64,000 nucleotides of DNA from Polyangiaceae bacterium. Lineage in GTDB: Bacteria > Myxococcota_A > Polyangia > Polyangiales > Polyangiaceae. The stretch covers positions 32,001-96,000 of the forward strand of contig JBGANF010000006.1 of NCBI GenBank assembly GCA_044222475.1, read 5' to 3'. Below are positions 23,067-32,999 of this stretch, one piece after another. Numbering within the stretch: the first letter of the stretch is position 1; each line of letters opens with the position of its first letter. The notes below the pieces were generated by a model. The model made no database searches, had not been told where the DNA came from, and was given only the letters and a program-made list of their open reading frames with translations. The position numbers and the translations under genes were made by a program.

Positions 23067-23933
23067 ATGAAAATCCCGCCGGTCGTTCCCACCCCCGCTG
23101 CAGCTCCCGAAGAGACCGAAGGTCTCGAGACCCTGTCCGTGCTCGGCCCGATCGCCCGCTCGAGCGTCGTGGACGCCGTGGCCGACCGCATCCGCGGTGA
23201 AATCCTCGGCGGGCGACTCGCCGCCGGCTCGAAGCTCCCCTCGGAGCGCGAGCTCGCGCTAGCGCTCGGGATCAACCGGCTCACGCTTCGTGCCGCGCTC
23301 GCTCGACTGGAAGCGCTCGGTCTCATCATCACGCGGCACGGCGCCGGGACGATCGTCGCTTCGTGGCGTGAGCGCGCAGGGCTCGATGCGCTCGCCGCGC
23401 TCGCCGCCGCGCTCGATCCGGCGGAGCCCGCTTGGCACGACATGCTCGCGTCGATCCTCGAGGTGCGCCGCGTCCTCGCCGCCGAAGCGGTCGCGCTCGC
23501 GGTCGAGCGCCACACCGACGAGGACCTCCAGGCGATGGAGGCCGCCGCCGCCGATCAGCAGAAGAACCTCGGCGACCCGCTCGCGCTCGCCCGCGGAGAC
23601 GTGATCTTCCAACGCGCGATCATCCGCGCGGCGAAGAACGTCGGGCTCGAGCTCATCCTCAACACGTTCGCGCGTCTGCCCGAGGAGCACCCGCAGCTCG
23701 TGGCCGCGCTCTACGACGATCCGGCGCGCACGGTGAGCGCGTACCCGATCATCATCGAGCTCGTTCGCAGCGGCCGCCCCGAAGAGGCGCGGATGCTCGT
23801 TCGCCAGGCGCTCGCCGCCGCCGACGCGACGCTGCTCGAGCGCCAGCTGCGCCACATCGATCCGGCGTCGTCGAAGAAGAAGGAGCCGCTTGTGGTGGCC
23901 CCCGCTCCGAAGAAGAAAGGGAAGAAGGGATGA
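23067..23933 (+). CDS. GntR/FadR family transcriptional regulator
   Basis: GSKLPSERELA..LGINRLTLRAAL..L..LGLI..RHGAGT wHTH followed by an FCD-like domain. Confidence 0.9.
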   Translation: MKIPPVVPTPAAAPEETEGLETLSVLGPIARSSVVDAVADRIRGEILGGRLAAGSKLPSERELALALGINRLTLRAALARLEALGLIITRHGAGTIVASWRERAGLDALAALAAALDPAEPAWHDMLASILEVRRVLAAEAVALAVERHTDEDLQAMEAAAADQQKNLGDPLALARGDVIFQRAIIRAAKNVGLELILNTFARLPEEHPQLVAALYDDPARTVSAYPIIIELVRSGRPEEARMLVRQALAAADATLLERQLRHIDPASSKKKEPLVVAPAPKKKGKKG

Positions 23934-24397
23934 GCTCGCTCTCGCGCATGACCGGTCTCGAACGCGGCTTCGCCGCGGCGGCGTTCGACGGCATCTTTCC
24001 GCGCGGCTCGGACGAGCGACTCCCGCAGGGCGCCGCCGATGGCGACATGGTCGGCCTCTTCGAGAACGCGCGCGCCGGCGTCCCCCCGCGGGTCGCGCTG
24101 GGGCTGCGCGTCGCGGTGTGGATCGTCGCGCTCGCGCCGCTCGTCACGATCGGAAAGTTCGCCACCATCGCCAGCCTCGCGACGACCGATCGCGAGCGCG
24201 TCGTGCTCGCGCTGCTCTCGAGCAACGTCTACATGATCCGCCAGCTCACCACGCTCTTGAAGGCGTTCGGTGCGCTCTTCTTCCTCACGTTCCCGGGAGT
24301 GCGCAACGCCATCGTCCGTGCGCCCGCTCCTCTCGCCGCCGGAGGGCTCGTGGCGCTCTCGAAGAAAGGAGCCTCCCATGAGCGATCCGTCGCCTGA
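23930..24397 (+). CDS. Hypothetical protein, accessory to the GMC oxidoreductase
   Basis: ATGA coupling; 'FATIASLATTDRERVVLALLSSNVY' resembles gluconate-2-dehydrogenase subunit-3-like partners. Confidence 0.6.
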   Translation: MSSLSRMTGLERGFAAAAFDGIFPRGSDERLPQGAADGDMVGLFENARAGVPPRVALGLRVAVWIVALAPLVTIGKFATIASLATTDRERVVLALLSSNVYMIRQLTTLLKAFGALFFLTFPGVRNAIVRAPAPLAAGGLVALSKKGASHERSVA

Positions 24398-25976
24398 CTT
24401 GGACAGCGGAGTCCAGCGCAAGCGCGCCTACCCCGACGAGGATCTCCCCGAAGGCTCGGTGGTCGACTGCGCCGCGATCGATCGCGATCTCGACGAGAGC
24501 TTCGACTTCGTCGTCATCGGCTCCGGGGCGTCGGGCGCGGTCGCCGCGCACACGTTGGCCCAAGCCGGGCACCGCGTCGCGCTCGTCGAAGAGGGCCCGT
24601 GGGTCAAGACGCGCGACTTCACCCCCGACGTGCTCGGCAGCTTCCGCCGCCTCATGCGGGACGCGGCGACGCAGGCGATCGAAGGTCGCAGCTTCATCCC
24701 GTTGCTCCAAGGGCGATGCGTCGGCGGCAGCACGGTCGTCAACTCGGCGATCGCGTGGCGCCTCCCGAGCGACACCCTCCACGATTGGCGAACGCGCTTC
24801 GGTCTCGAGCGCAGCCTCGACGAGGCCGAGCTCGCCGTTCACTTCGACGCGCTCGAGGAAGCGCTCAACGTGCACGCCGTCGACGACGACGTGCTCGGGC
24901 GCAACAACGCCGGCCTCGTCGAGGCGGCGGCGCACCTCGGGGTCGAAGCTCACAAGATGCGTCGCTACGATCGCGACTGTCGCGGGTCGGGGCGTTGCCT
25001 GCAGGGGTGTCCCAGCGCCGCGAAGCAGGGCATGAGCGTGAGCTACGTGCCGTGGGCGCTCGCGCTCGGCGCGCGGATCTTCACCTCGTGCAAGGTCGAT
25101 CGCGTCGAGATGGCGGGCGATCGCGTCGCGGCGGTCGTCGGCAAGGCGATCACGCGCAACGGCGAGCGGAAGGTGCGGATTCGCGCCGAGAAGGGCGTGC
25201 TCGTCGCGGCGAGCACCATCCAGACGCCGAACGTGCTGCGTCGATCCGGCGTGCGCGCGAAGGCGCTCGGTCGTCACTTCCAGGCGCACCCCGGCGTCGG
25301 TTGCGCGGGCGTGTTCGACTCGGCGGTGCAGATGAACTTCGGCGCGACCCAAGGCGCGGAGTCCATCCATTACCGCGCGAGCGAGGGCTTCAAGCTGGAG
25401 AGCATCGCGATGCCGCCGGAGCTCCTCGCGGCGCGCATGCCGGGGGCCGGCACGGATTTCATGCGGCGCCTCGCGAGCTTCCCGAACGTGGGCATCTGGG
25501 TCGCCCAGGTTCGCGCCGAGGCCGAGGGCACCGTCGAGACGGGCTTCGGCGGTCGCGACAAAGTGGTTTACACGCCGAGCGCGCGGGACATGCACGTGGC
25601 GCGGAAGGCTCTCGGCGTCCTCGCGCGGCTGATGTTCGCGCAAGGCGCGAAGGAGATCTGGCCCGGCGTGCACGGCCTGCCGAGCGTTCTGCGATCGATC
25701 GACGAGGTGAAGCTCATCGACGAGGGGCCGATCGACCCGCGCGCGTACGGCATGGTCGCCTCGCACCTGTTCGGCGCGGCGCGCATGGGACCGGATCCGA
25801 AGACGAGCGTGGTCGGGCTCGACTTCGGAGTTCACGGTGCACGTGGGCTCTACGTCGTCGACTCGAGCGTGTTCCCGACGAACCTCGGGGTGAACCCGCA
25901 GCACTCGATCATGGCGCTGTCGCGCCTGGCCGCGACGCGCATCGCGGAGGGGAAGGTCGCGTCGCGCGTGGCGTAG
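24378..25976 (+). CDS. GMC family oxidoreductase
   Basis: VVIGSGASG FAD motif, GRCVGGSTVVN, C..C..GC, SHLFGAARMG, DSSVFPT.LGVNP. Confidence 0.92.
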   Translation: MSDPSPDLDSGVQRKRAYPDEDLPEGSVVDCAAIDRDLDESFDFVVIGSGASGAVAAHTLAQAGHRVALVEEGPWVKTRDFTPDVLGSFRRLMRDAATQAIEGRSFIPLLQGRCVGGSTVVNSAIAWRLPSDTLHDWRTRFGLERSLDEAELAVHFDALEEALNVHAVDDDVLGRNNAGLVEAAAHLGVEAHKMRRYDRDCRGSGRCLQGCPSAAKQGMSVSYVPWALALGARIFTSCKVDRVEMAGDRVAAVVGKAITRNGERKVRIRAEKGVLVAASTIQTPNVLRRSGVRAKALGRHFQAHPGVGCAGVFDSAVQMNFGATQGAESIHYRASEGFKLESIAMPPELLAARMPGAGTDFMRRLASFPNVGIWVAQVRAEAEGTVETGFGGRDKVVYTPSARDMHVARKALGVLARLMFAQGAKEIWPGVHGLPSVLRSIDEVKLIDEGPIDPRAYGMVASHLFGAARMGPDPKTSVVGLDFGVHGARGLYVVDSSVFPTNLGVNPQHSIMALSRLAATRIAEGKVASRVA

Positions 25977-26004
25977 TCACGATGCTCGCGCGGCGCTCTC
26001 TCGG

Positions 26005-26122
26005 GAGAGAACCGCCAGGGGAAGAAAGGGGCGCAAGGGCCGCCAAGAGACGAGCGTGTGGTTGGCACCAAGTACCAGCCACTCTTTTCACTTGGCGCTC
26101 CTGGCGACCCTGGCGGTTTCTC
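26005..26122. repeat. Palindromic element built from 9-mer (CGCCAGG / CCTGGCG) units, copy 1
   Basis: GAGAGAACCGCCAGGG...CTTGGCGCTCCTGGCGACCCTGGCGGTTTCTC between convergent genes. Confidence 0.65.
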
Positions 26123-26126
26123 TTCT

Positions 26127-27761
26127 TCACAGCTTCGGCGCGAACATCAGCGACTTGCTCGTGTCCTTGAACCGGATGCGCGCCGTACCGACCGGGCCGC
26201 TCGGCGCGACGAGGGTGCCGCCCGGCACGTGATCGTGCGTGACGAGGTAGCCCGTGTCTTCGCCGATGGGCGTTCCATCGACGGCCTCGTAGACGATCGC
26301 GCGGGGCTCTCCGCCCGGCATCTGCGTGAGCGTCGCCGCTCCCATCCACGTGAGGCCGCCGTTCTCGTCGACCGACGCGTACTGGAACGACCGCGGCGCC
26401 ATCGCCACCATGCTCGCGCCGTTGACCGCCTTCACCCGCGCGACGAGCGCGTTGTAGTTGTAGTCCGAGAACCAACCGGGGTTGCAGTAACCCATGAGGT
26501 CCTTGAACTGCGCCGGATCCTTGAGCGTCTTCGTGACGAGCGAGTACCCCCACGAGCCGAGCGCGCCGCCGCTGTACGGGTAGCCCGGATCCGGACCGGC
26601 GACGCCGCCACACGGAGCATGGTTGCGACCGTGCGCGTGGCCGAGCTCGTGGACCATCGCCTCGGCCGAGAGGTCGCCGGTGAACCCGAGGCCGATGCTC
26701 GCGCGGCTGCCCGAGTCGTTCGGGTTCGTGATGACCGGCGAGAGCCCGGCGACGCAGCCGCCGCCGCAGTAGGTCTGCACGGACGCCGCGCCGCTGAACA
26801 CGCCGTAGTAGTAGACGTCGGCCGTCGGCGCGTCGGCCGCGCGGACCTGGAGGATCTGCGTGAGCAGCTGGTTCCACCCGCTGCCGTTGGCGCTGACCGT
26901 GTAGTTGATGGCGACCGGTTGCGCGCGGACCGAGACCGACACCGACGGCGTCGGGTAGAGCGCGTAGAGCAGGTCCTTGTACCTCTGGAGCTGAGCGGTC
27001 GATGTGTCGGGCAGGCGGTTCGATCCGTCCGCGCCGTACTGGATCGGGACGAACACGACCTTGAGCTGCGCGCCGGTGCTGACCGCGCCGAGGTTCGTCA
27101 GCGTGCCGTCCATCGGCCACTGCGCGGGGCTCGACGCAGGCGGAGCCTTCGTGCCCGACTTCTCGCGGAGGACGATGGTGAACTTCGTGTCGGTCTTGAT
27201 CGAGTCGCCGGGTACCTCGAAGTTGATCGTCGAGGCGAGCGACGCATCGGTCGAAGCCGCGCTCGGGGTCGCGTCGACCGGGATCGTCGTCTTGTTCCCG
27301 CCGCTGTCGAGGGTGAGTTGTCCCTGAATGGTATGAGCCGACCAGCCGCCGCCCGGAGTGACGTAGACTCGTACCAAAGCGGTACGACCGGCGATGACCG
27401 GCGCCTTCGGGGTCTGCGCGGTGCCGCCTTTCATCACGCTGAGCTTCACCGTCTGGAAGACGGCCACCTCGCTGATCGTGAGGTTCTCGACGACCGGAGC
27501 GCTCGTCGCCACCGGGGGCGGCGCCGGGACGCCGGAGTCGACGGCGGTGCCGCCGTCCGGCTTCGGGTCGCTGCCCCCACCGGTGCCAGGGGGGAGCCCG
27601 CTGTCGCCGCCGCCGCCTTGGTGCGGGGTCTCGGTCGCCGGGTCGTCCCAATCGCCGATCAGCGTGTTCGGTCCCGTGCTGCTGCACGCGCTGGCGCCGG
27701 CCGCGATGGCCGCGAGGGCGAGGGCGCGAACGGTGGGAGTCGAGAAGCGGGCGATGGTCAT
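26127..27761 (-). CDS. Zinc metallopeptidase lipoprotein (M66/metzincin-like)
   Basis: Lipobox GASAC; HELGHAHGRNHAPCG; DLMGYC Met-turn. Confidence 0.85.
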   Translation of the reverse strand: MTIARFSTPTVRALALAAIAAGASACSSTGPNTLIGDWDDPATETPHQGGGGDSGLPPGTGGGSDPKPDGGTAVDSGVPAPPPVATSAPVVENLTISEVAVFQTVKLSVMKGGTAQTPKAPVIAGRTALVRVYVTPGGGWSAHTIQGQLTLDSGGNKTTIPVDATPSAASTDASLASTINFEVPGDSIKTDTKFTIVLREKSGTKAPPASSPAQWPMDGTLTNLGAVSTGAQLKVVFVPIQYGADGSNRLPDTSTAQLQRYKDLLYALYPTPSVSVSVRAQPVAINYTVSANGSGWNQLLTQILQVRAADAPTADVYYYGVFSGAASVQTYCGGGCVAGLSPVITNPNDSGSRASIGLGFTGDLSAEAMVHELGHAHGRNHAPCGGVAGPDPGYPYSGGALGSWGYSLVTKTLKDPAQFKDLMGYCNPGWFSDYNYNALVARVKAVNGASMVAMAPRSFQYASVDENGGLTWMGAATLTQMPGGEPRAIVYEAVDGTPIGEDTGYLVTHDHVPGGTLVAPSGPVGTARIRFKDTSKSLMFAPKL

Positions 27762-27971
27762 GGTGTCTCCCCGGACACCCCCTCCATCGCAAGGCGCGCG
27801 CCACCGCGATCTCGCGGCCGCTCGCGACGCGGGGGGTGACGGAGTGGCCTGATTTCGCCGTGTTCGTGATGGCTCCGATGTAGGTGCGCACTGCGAGGCG
27901 GGGCGCGTCGGATCCACGCCGATTGATCCACGACAGCGCCGGGCCGGGCAACGCTTGCACCACGACCCCGC

Positions 27972-28995
27972 CTACCGAACGTCGCGCACGCAGCGTACGC
28001 CGACGAAGGAGGATCGCCCGGACTGGTCGGCCCCACCCCCGATACCGGAAGGGAGCGAGCTGTCCGTACTTCCCCATGATCCACCGATGACGTACATGCC
28101 GTCGTTCTTCGGATCGAGCTTCGCGCGGTCGTCGCAGGGCGTTGGCGGATCACCCAGCCGGTCGAGGGTGAGCTGACCGACGTTGCCGCTCAGATCGAAC
28201 TGTCCCCAGCGCGACACGCCAGCCGGCTTGCTGCCCACCGCGAGCGGCGTCGTCGGGAACGGCGGCTTGGCGCGGTAGACCGCGCGAGAGTCGTCGATGG
28301 CCGCGTAGCTCTTCGTCGTCGTCCAGGGATAGACCCGTTGTTCGTCGCCACCGGCCTGGGCGAAGTTCAGCTCGGCGAGCGTCGGCAATCGCCCACCATC
28401 CCAGGCGCAGAACGCGACAGCCTCGTACCAAGTGAGGCACATGATCGGAAGGCGTTCATTCGGTCCTGGGGATGGCGTCCAGGTCGCGACGGGCGTCGCG
28501 TTGAAGTCGACGCATCCGGGGTCGGCGAGCCCGGCACTCAACGCCACCTTGTCTTGCGCGAGCGGCCATGACCCGTCCCATCCGGACGACGGGACCTTAG
28601 GGTGTGCTCCGCTTCCCGGTGACGGCTTCGATGCGGGGTACGCGTCGACGAACGCGCGGAAGCGGCCGACGGTGACCTCGAACGAGTCGAGGTAGAACGG
28701 CGATACCTTGGCCGGCAAGGACGTCCCCGATCGATCGAGGCCGTCGTAGAGGCGCAGGAATGAACCTCCGGGTACGAGCCTGGACTCGCAGCAGTCGCCT
28801 CGAACGAGACCGCATGTGAGGTCCGCACCTGGCGCTCCCGTGCAGCTCCGGGCGTTCGGCGGGAGCGGCATCGAGCGCGGCGTCAGCGTCAACTACGGCG
28901 CCACCGTCGCCACCGTCATCCATGACGGCGATCGAACGTCCGCCGCAGCCGACCAAGAACACGGGAACGAGCAGAGCGGCGAAGCGGCGGCTCAT
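27972..28995 (-). pseudogene. FGE-sulfatase (SUMF1-like) lipoprotein with a frameshift near 28860
   Basis: Signal/lipobox MSRRFAALLVPVFLVGC is in one frame and the catalytic-fold domain (FYLDSFEVTVGRF, RLPTLAE, DLSGNV, GVRC) in another; paralogue of 29379-30413. Confidence 0.75.
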
Positions 28996-29020
28996 ATGGA
29001 GGTGCCCGACCGTGGGCACA

Positions 29021-29389
29021 TCAGTCCGTGGCCAACGCAACGGTGATCGACGATCGTCGTGGAAGGAGGCACGCGAACTGGGCAGGGAGCCACTCTCGCG
29101 AGCCCGCGTGCGTCTGCTCGACGCAGATGCACCGTCGGGCCGCCGCAAGTGTCACGACGCTCCCGGCGGCGACGGTGCTGTCGAAGAGCATTCGATTGCT
29201 CGACGAGTCGCAGGGCGCCACCGTGTGGATGCCGATCCCTTCCGCGACGCGCACGCGAATCGCGCCGTTCCCCGAGATCGCGACCGTCACCGGAATCCGG
29301 TCGTCGCCCTCTGCGGAGTTCGTCGCGAACGCCAAACCAACGCCGAGGACGATCGCGATGGTACGTGCGCGGACAAGATCACGGAACAT
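29021..29389 (-). CDS. Small secreted Cys-containing hypothetical protein
   Basis: Hydrophobic signal followed by a beta-rich domain; fills the gap between the two FGE genes. Confidence 0.5.
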   Translation of the reverse strand: MFRDLVRARTIAIVLGVGLAFATNSAEGDDRIPVTVAISGNGAIRVRVAEGIGIHTVAPCDSSSNRMLFDSTVAAGSVVTLAAARRCICVEQTHAGSREWLPAQFACLLPRRSSITVALATD

Positions 29390-30413
29390 CGCGAAGGCAC
29401 CTCACACCCGAAAAGGATGACCTCTCTCCCGCGCCAAGGCCAGTCACGCTTCCAACCGCGACCGACTTGGCGACGCTTCCCCAGCTTCCACCGAGAACAT
29501 TGACCGCGTCGTTCGGAGATCCGGCATGGACGCAATCGTTGCAGGTCGCGTCGAGCACGCCGCCTCGATCCATCGTGACCTCCCCCACATTCCCGCTCAG
29601 GTCGAGATGGCCCCACCGACTGGCCCCGAGCGGCTTCGCGCCAACGGCCAGGGGCGTGGATGGGAACGGGGCCTGGCCGTGGTAGACGGCGCGCGACGGA
29701 TCGATGGCGGAGTAGTCGCGAACCGTCGTCCACGGGTAGACGCGTTGCTCGGATCCTCCAGCCTGCGCGAAATTGAGTTCTGCGAGCGTCGGAAGCCGAC
29801 CACCATCCCAAGCGCAGAAGGCGAACGCCTCGAACCACGTGAGACACATCATCGGAAGACGCTCGTTCGCTCCCGGCGCTGGAGTCCATGTCCGTAACGG
29901 CGTTCCATTGAGGTCGACGCAGGCGCCGTCTTCGAGTCCGGCGACAAGAGCCGTCCCGTCGGCGGCGAGTGGCCAGGCACCGGTCCAGCCCGACCCCGAG
30001 ACCTTCGGGTGAGCACCCGCTCCCAGTTGCGGCTTCGACCCAGGGTACGCCTGCACGAATGCACGAAACCGCCCGACCGTCACCTCGAAGCTGTCGAGGT
30101 AGAAAGCGGAGACCGTTGCGGGCCATGTGTCTGCGTTGTTGTCGAGGCCGTCGTACACCCGGAGGAACTTCCCTCCGGGCACGTATCGACTCTCGCAGCA
30201 ATCGCGCGCTTCGGCGCCGCAGGCGAGGTCGGCGCCCGCGCCACCGGTACAGCTCTTCGCCCTCGCGGGCGGAGGAGCATCGGGCACCCCACCGTCGGAT
30301 GCGTCGATGGGGCCACCGTCGCCGCCGTCTGTCGGAGTCGGCAACGAGCGACCACCGCACGCCGCAACGAAAAGGATCATGCCGACCACGACGGTCGCGC
30401 GGGTCACGGTCAT
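29379..30413 (-). CDS. FGE-sulfatase (SUMF1/EgtB/PvdO-like) lipoprotein
   Basis: Lipobox FVAAC; CCES, FYLDSFEVTVGRF, GGRLPTLAE, YPW, DLSGNVGE, GVRC. Confidence 0.88.
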   Translation of the reverse strand: MTVTRATVVVGMILFVAACGGRSLPTPTDGGDGGPIDASDGGVPDAPPPARAKSCTGGAGADLACGAEARDCCESRYVPGGKFLRVYDGLDNNADTWPATVSAFYLDSFEVTVGRFRAFVQAYPGSKPQLGAGAHPKVSGSGWTGAWPLAADGTALVAGLEDGACVDLNGTPLRTWTPAPGANERLPMMCLTWFEAFAFCAWDGGRLPTLAELNFAQAGGSEQRVYPWTTVRDYSAIDPSRAVYHGQAPFPSTPLAVGAKPLGASRWGHLDLSGNVGEVTMDRGGVLDATCNDCVHAGSPNDAVNVLGGSWGSVAKSVAVGSVTGLGAGERSSFSGVRCLRDVP

Positions 30414-31004
30414 TGCCTCACCAGCACGTGTACGAAACCCGAGAGCGTCCCTTCGTCGGGATCGCCGGCCCCTGCGAGGCCAACGCGTAGCCCAATCGGC
30501 TCGGCCGCGCCGAGCGCGACGCTGGCGATCGGCGCAAAGCCGACGGTCGTCAGCCGAAAGAGGCGAACGGTGTTGGGGCTTCGTGTCGCGACCCACACGA
30601 GTTCGTCCGGCCCGAGCGTCCGCACGACCATCGCGGTCGGGATCCCTGTCAGGTTCGCCGTCGCGGCTACGTTTGCGAGGCTCAGGGGGAAGAACGCATC
30701 GAGCCGGTTGGCGCCGCTCTCCGCGACCACCACGAAGAGATCCTGTTCGGTTCCGCCGATCGCGACGGGAGTTCCAAGGAGGATCGGCGATGACGCGAGG
30801 TTCGCGAGCGTGGGGGTCACGAGGCGAGAGACCCTGTTCGGGCTACTCGTGGCGACGAACGCGAACAAGTCTCCGGCGCTCACGTCAACCGCCGCTCCGA
30901 GTCCGAGTCCGCCCATCGTGACCTGGTGGTTCAGCGCCGGCGTCGCCTGGCCGAAGTCGATCCAGTAGAGGAAGTTGGCGTCGGTCAGGGCGGCGGCGTC
31001 GTGA
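30410..31004 (-). pseudogene. 3' fragment of a beta-propeller-like protein
   Basis: Coding-like codon bias, no native start, fused out of frame to the resolvase fragment; its stop overlaps the FGE gene ATG. Confidence 0.5.
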
Positions 31005-31214
31005 GTCGAGTCGGAAGACGACGAGGCGATCGAAGAGGCGTGCTCGCGCATCGGCGAGCATCTCGCGCAGGATGGGACGCTGCGTCGTCTTCGCGCTCGC
31101 CTTCTCGGAGTACCAAATGATGTCGTCGGCCCCGATCGCGCGGACGATCGAATCCCGCTGACTAGCGTCGTCCTGGCTCTTCGAAGAAACGCGGACGTAA
31201 GCGGCGGTCGCCAT
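31005..31214 (-). pseudogene. Serine recombinase (resolvase) N-terminal fragment
   Basis: AAYVRVSS..Q..SQ; SEKASAK..QRP; LVVFRLD then truncated before the DRL arginine. Confidence 0.85.
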
Positions 31215-31424
31215 GTCCCAAAAGCGTAACTATCGGACGCGCCAGCGCCAGGGGGGATCGTCCAACGATTTCGCGACGCCCCCCTGGCGAGGATTTCCGG
31301 ACAAGCTCACTCGTCGTGAACATCGCGGGCCGCTGCCACGAGGACCGTCGTGACCATGTCGGTGCCCGAGACGATCGCGGACTCGTCGACCTCGACGTCG
31401 TCGAAGTCGGGGTTGCTCGATGCC

Positions 31425-31744
31425 TCACCGAGTTGAGCACCTCGGCCTTGTTGGGCACGTCGCCGAGGTTGTTCGAGACGTCGGCCATCGCGTCGGCCAT
31501 GTCGGTGACATCCGACCCGGTCGCGCGCGCGAGGATGGCCATCTTCTCGAAGGCCTCCATCCCGGTCTTGAGGTCGCCGGTCTTCGACACGAAGGCACCG
31601 AGCGCGCCGACGACGTCGTTGGCCTGCATTCCGGTCGCGTTGCCCTTCTCGAACGCGAACTTCTTGAGCTCCTCCGGATCGACCCGCTGGCCGTTCCGCG
31701 GATCGCCCTGCATGTAGCCGGCGTTGGAGAGGTTGAGCTCGGCG

Positions 31745-31745
<1 letters not shown>
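31425..31745 (-). pseudogene. Phage tail tape-measure-like internal fragment
   Basis: GNATGMQANDVVGALGAFVSKTGDLKTGMEAFEKMAILARATGSDVTDMADAMADV; no start or stop; boundaries approximate. Confidence 0.65.
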
Positions 31746-32304
<559 letters not shown>

Positions 32305-32394
32305 GGAATGGGGTCGCAAAGTATCCGTCCCTTGCGCCGAGTCAACGAAGAAGGACGCATGGCGAGTGAATTTCGGACGGTCTGACGGCGCGAG

Positions 32395-32514
32395 TCGGGA
32401 GTGGGAGGGGGAGCGGGAGTGGGAGCGGAACGAGCCGTTTCTTCGACTTCGCGGACATTGCGCAAGGAAGTGGCCGAGAGCGGCTTCCGCTCCCCCTCCC
32501 ACTCCCACTCCCGA
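32395..32514. repeat. Hexamer-repeat palindrome (GGGAGY)n...(RCTCCC)n
   Basis: TCGGGAGTGGGAGGGGGAGCGGGAGTGGGAGCGGAA ... TTCCGCTCCCCCTCCCACTCCCACTCCCGA. Confidence 0.75.
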
Positions 32515-32584
32515 GCGACCGCGCGACCATTCACCAGGAGGGCACGCAACGTGGAAGGCCTCCCGGAACGACGCACCGTCACCG

Positions 32585-32938
32585 TCAGGTGTTGCGAGGC
32601 CCCATTCCAGGGAGATCGTCGTCGGATCTCAGGCGACGCACGATGGCGTAGATCGAGGCTTCGTACATGTCGACGTTGGGCACGCGCTGCTGGCGCATTT
32701 CGTCGCAGACGAGACCGACGAGCGTTCGATCGTCGATGACGGGAAACTCGAGGAGCCGCCGGCGCGCGATCGACTCGATGGTCTCGGTCATCGAGAACTG
32801 GTGTGCGTCCGAGCCGACGTAGCCCTTCGCGAGGTTCATCCGCTTCGTGAAGTAGGCGGTGTAATAGTGCCCTGCGAGCAGGAGACACAGGATCAGCATC
32901 ACCGCGTAGACCTTCGGGTTGCCGAGCAAGTCGTCCAC
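32585..32938 (-). CDS. Small membrane-anchored hypothetical protein
   Basis: GTG start VDDLLGNPKVYAVMLILCLLLAGHYY; one TM segment; coding codon bias. Confidence 0.6.
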   Translation of the reverse strand: MDDLLGNPKVYAVMLILCLLLAGHYYTAYFTKRMNLAKGYVGSDAHQFSMTETIESIARRRLLEFPVIDDRTLVGLVCDEMRQQRVPNVDMYEASIYAIVRRLRSDDDLPGMGPRNT

Positions 32939-32999
32939 GCGACGATCTTCGCACGTTGCGCACCCCCTTTCCAATTCACCGGCTCTACACTTTCGCGAA

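Noticed and set aside
27762..27971. Second att site (tRNA-Thr 3' duplicate) closing the prophage
   Set aside because: No match to the tRNA 3' sequence seen here or elsewhere by eye
27972..30413. Diversity-generating retroelement (FGE-sulfatase targets, possible TR/VR pair)
   Set aside because: The two 3' ends differ at all base types, not only at adenines; there is no AAC-rich template repeat and no reverse transcriptase in the window
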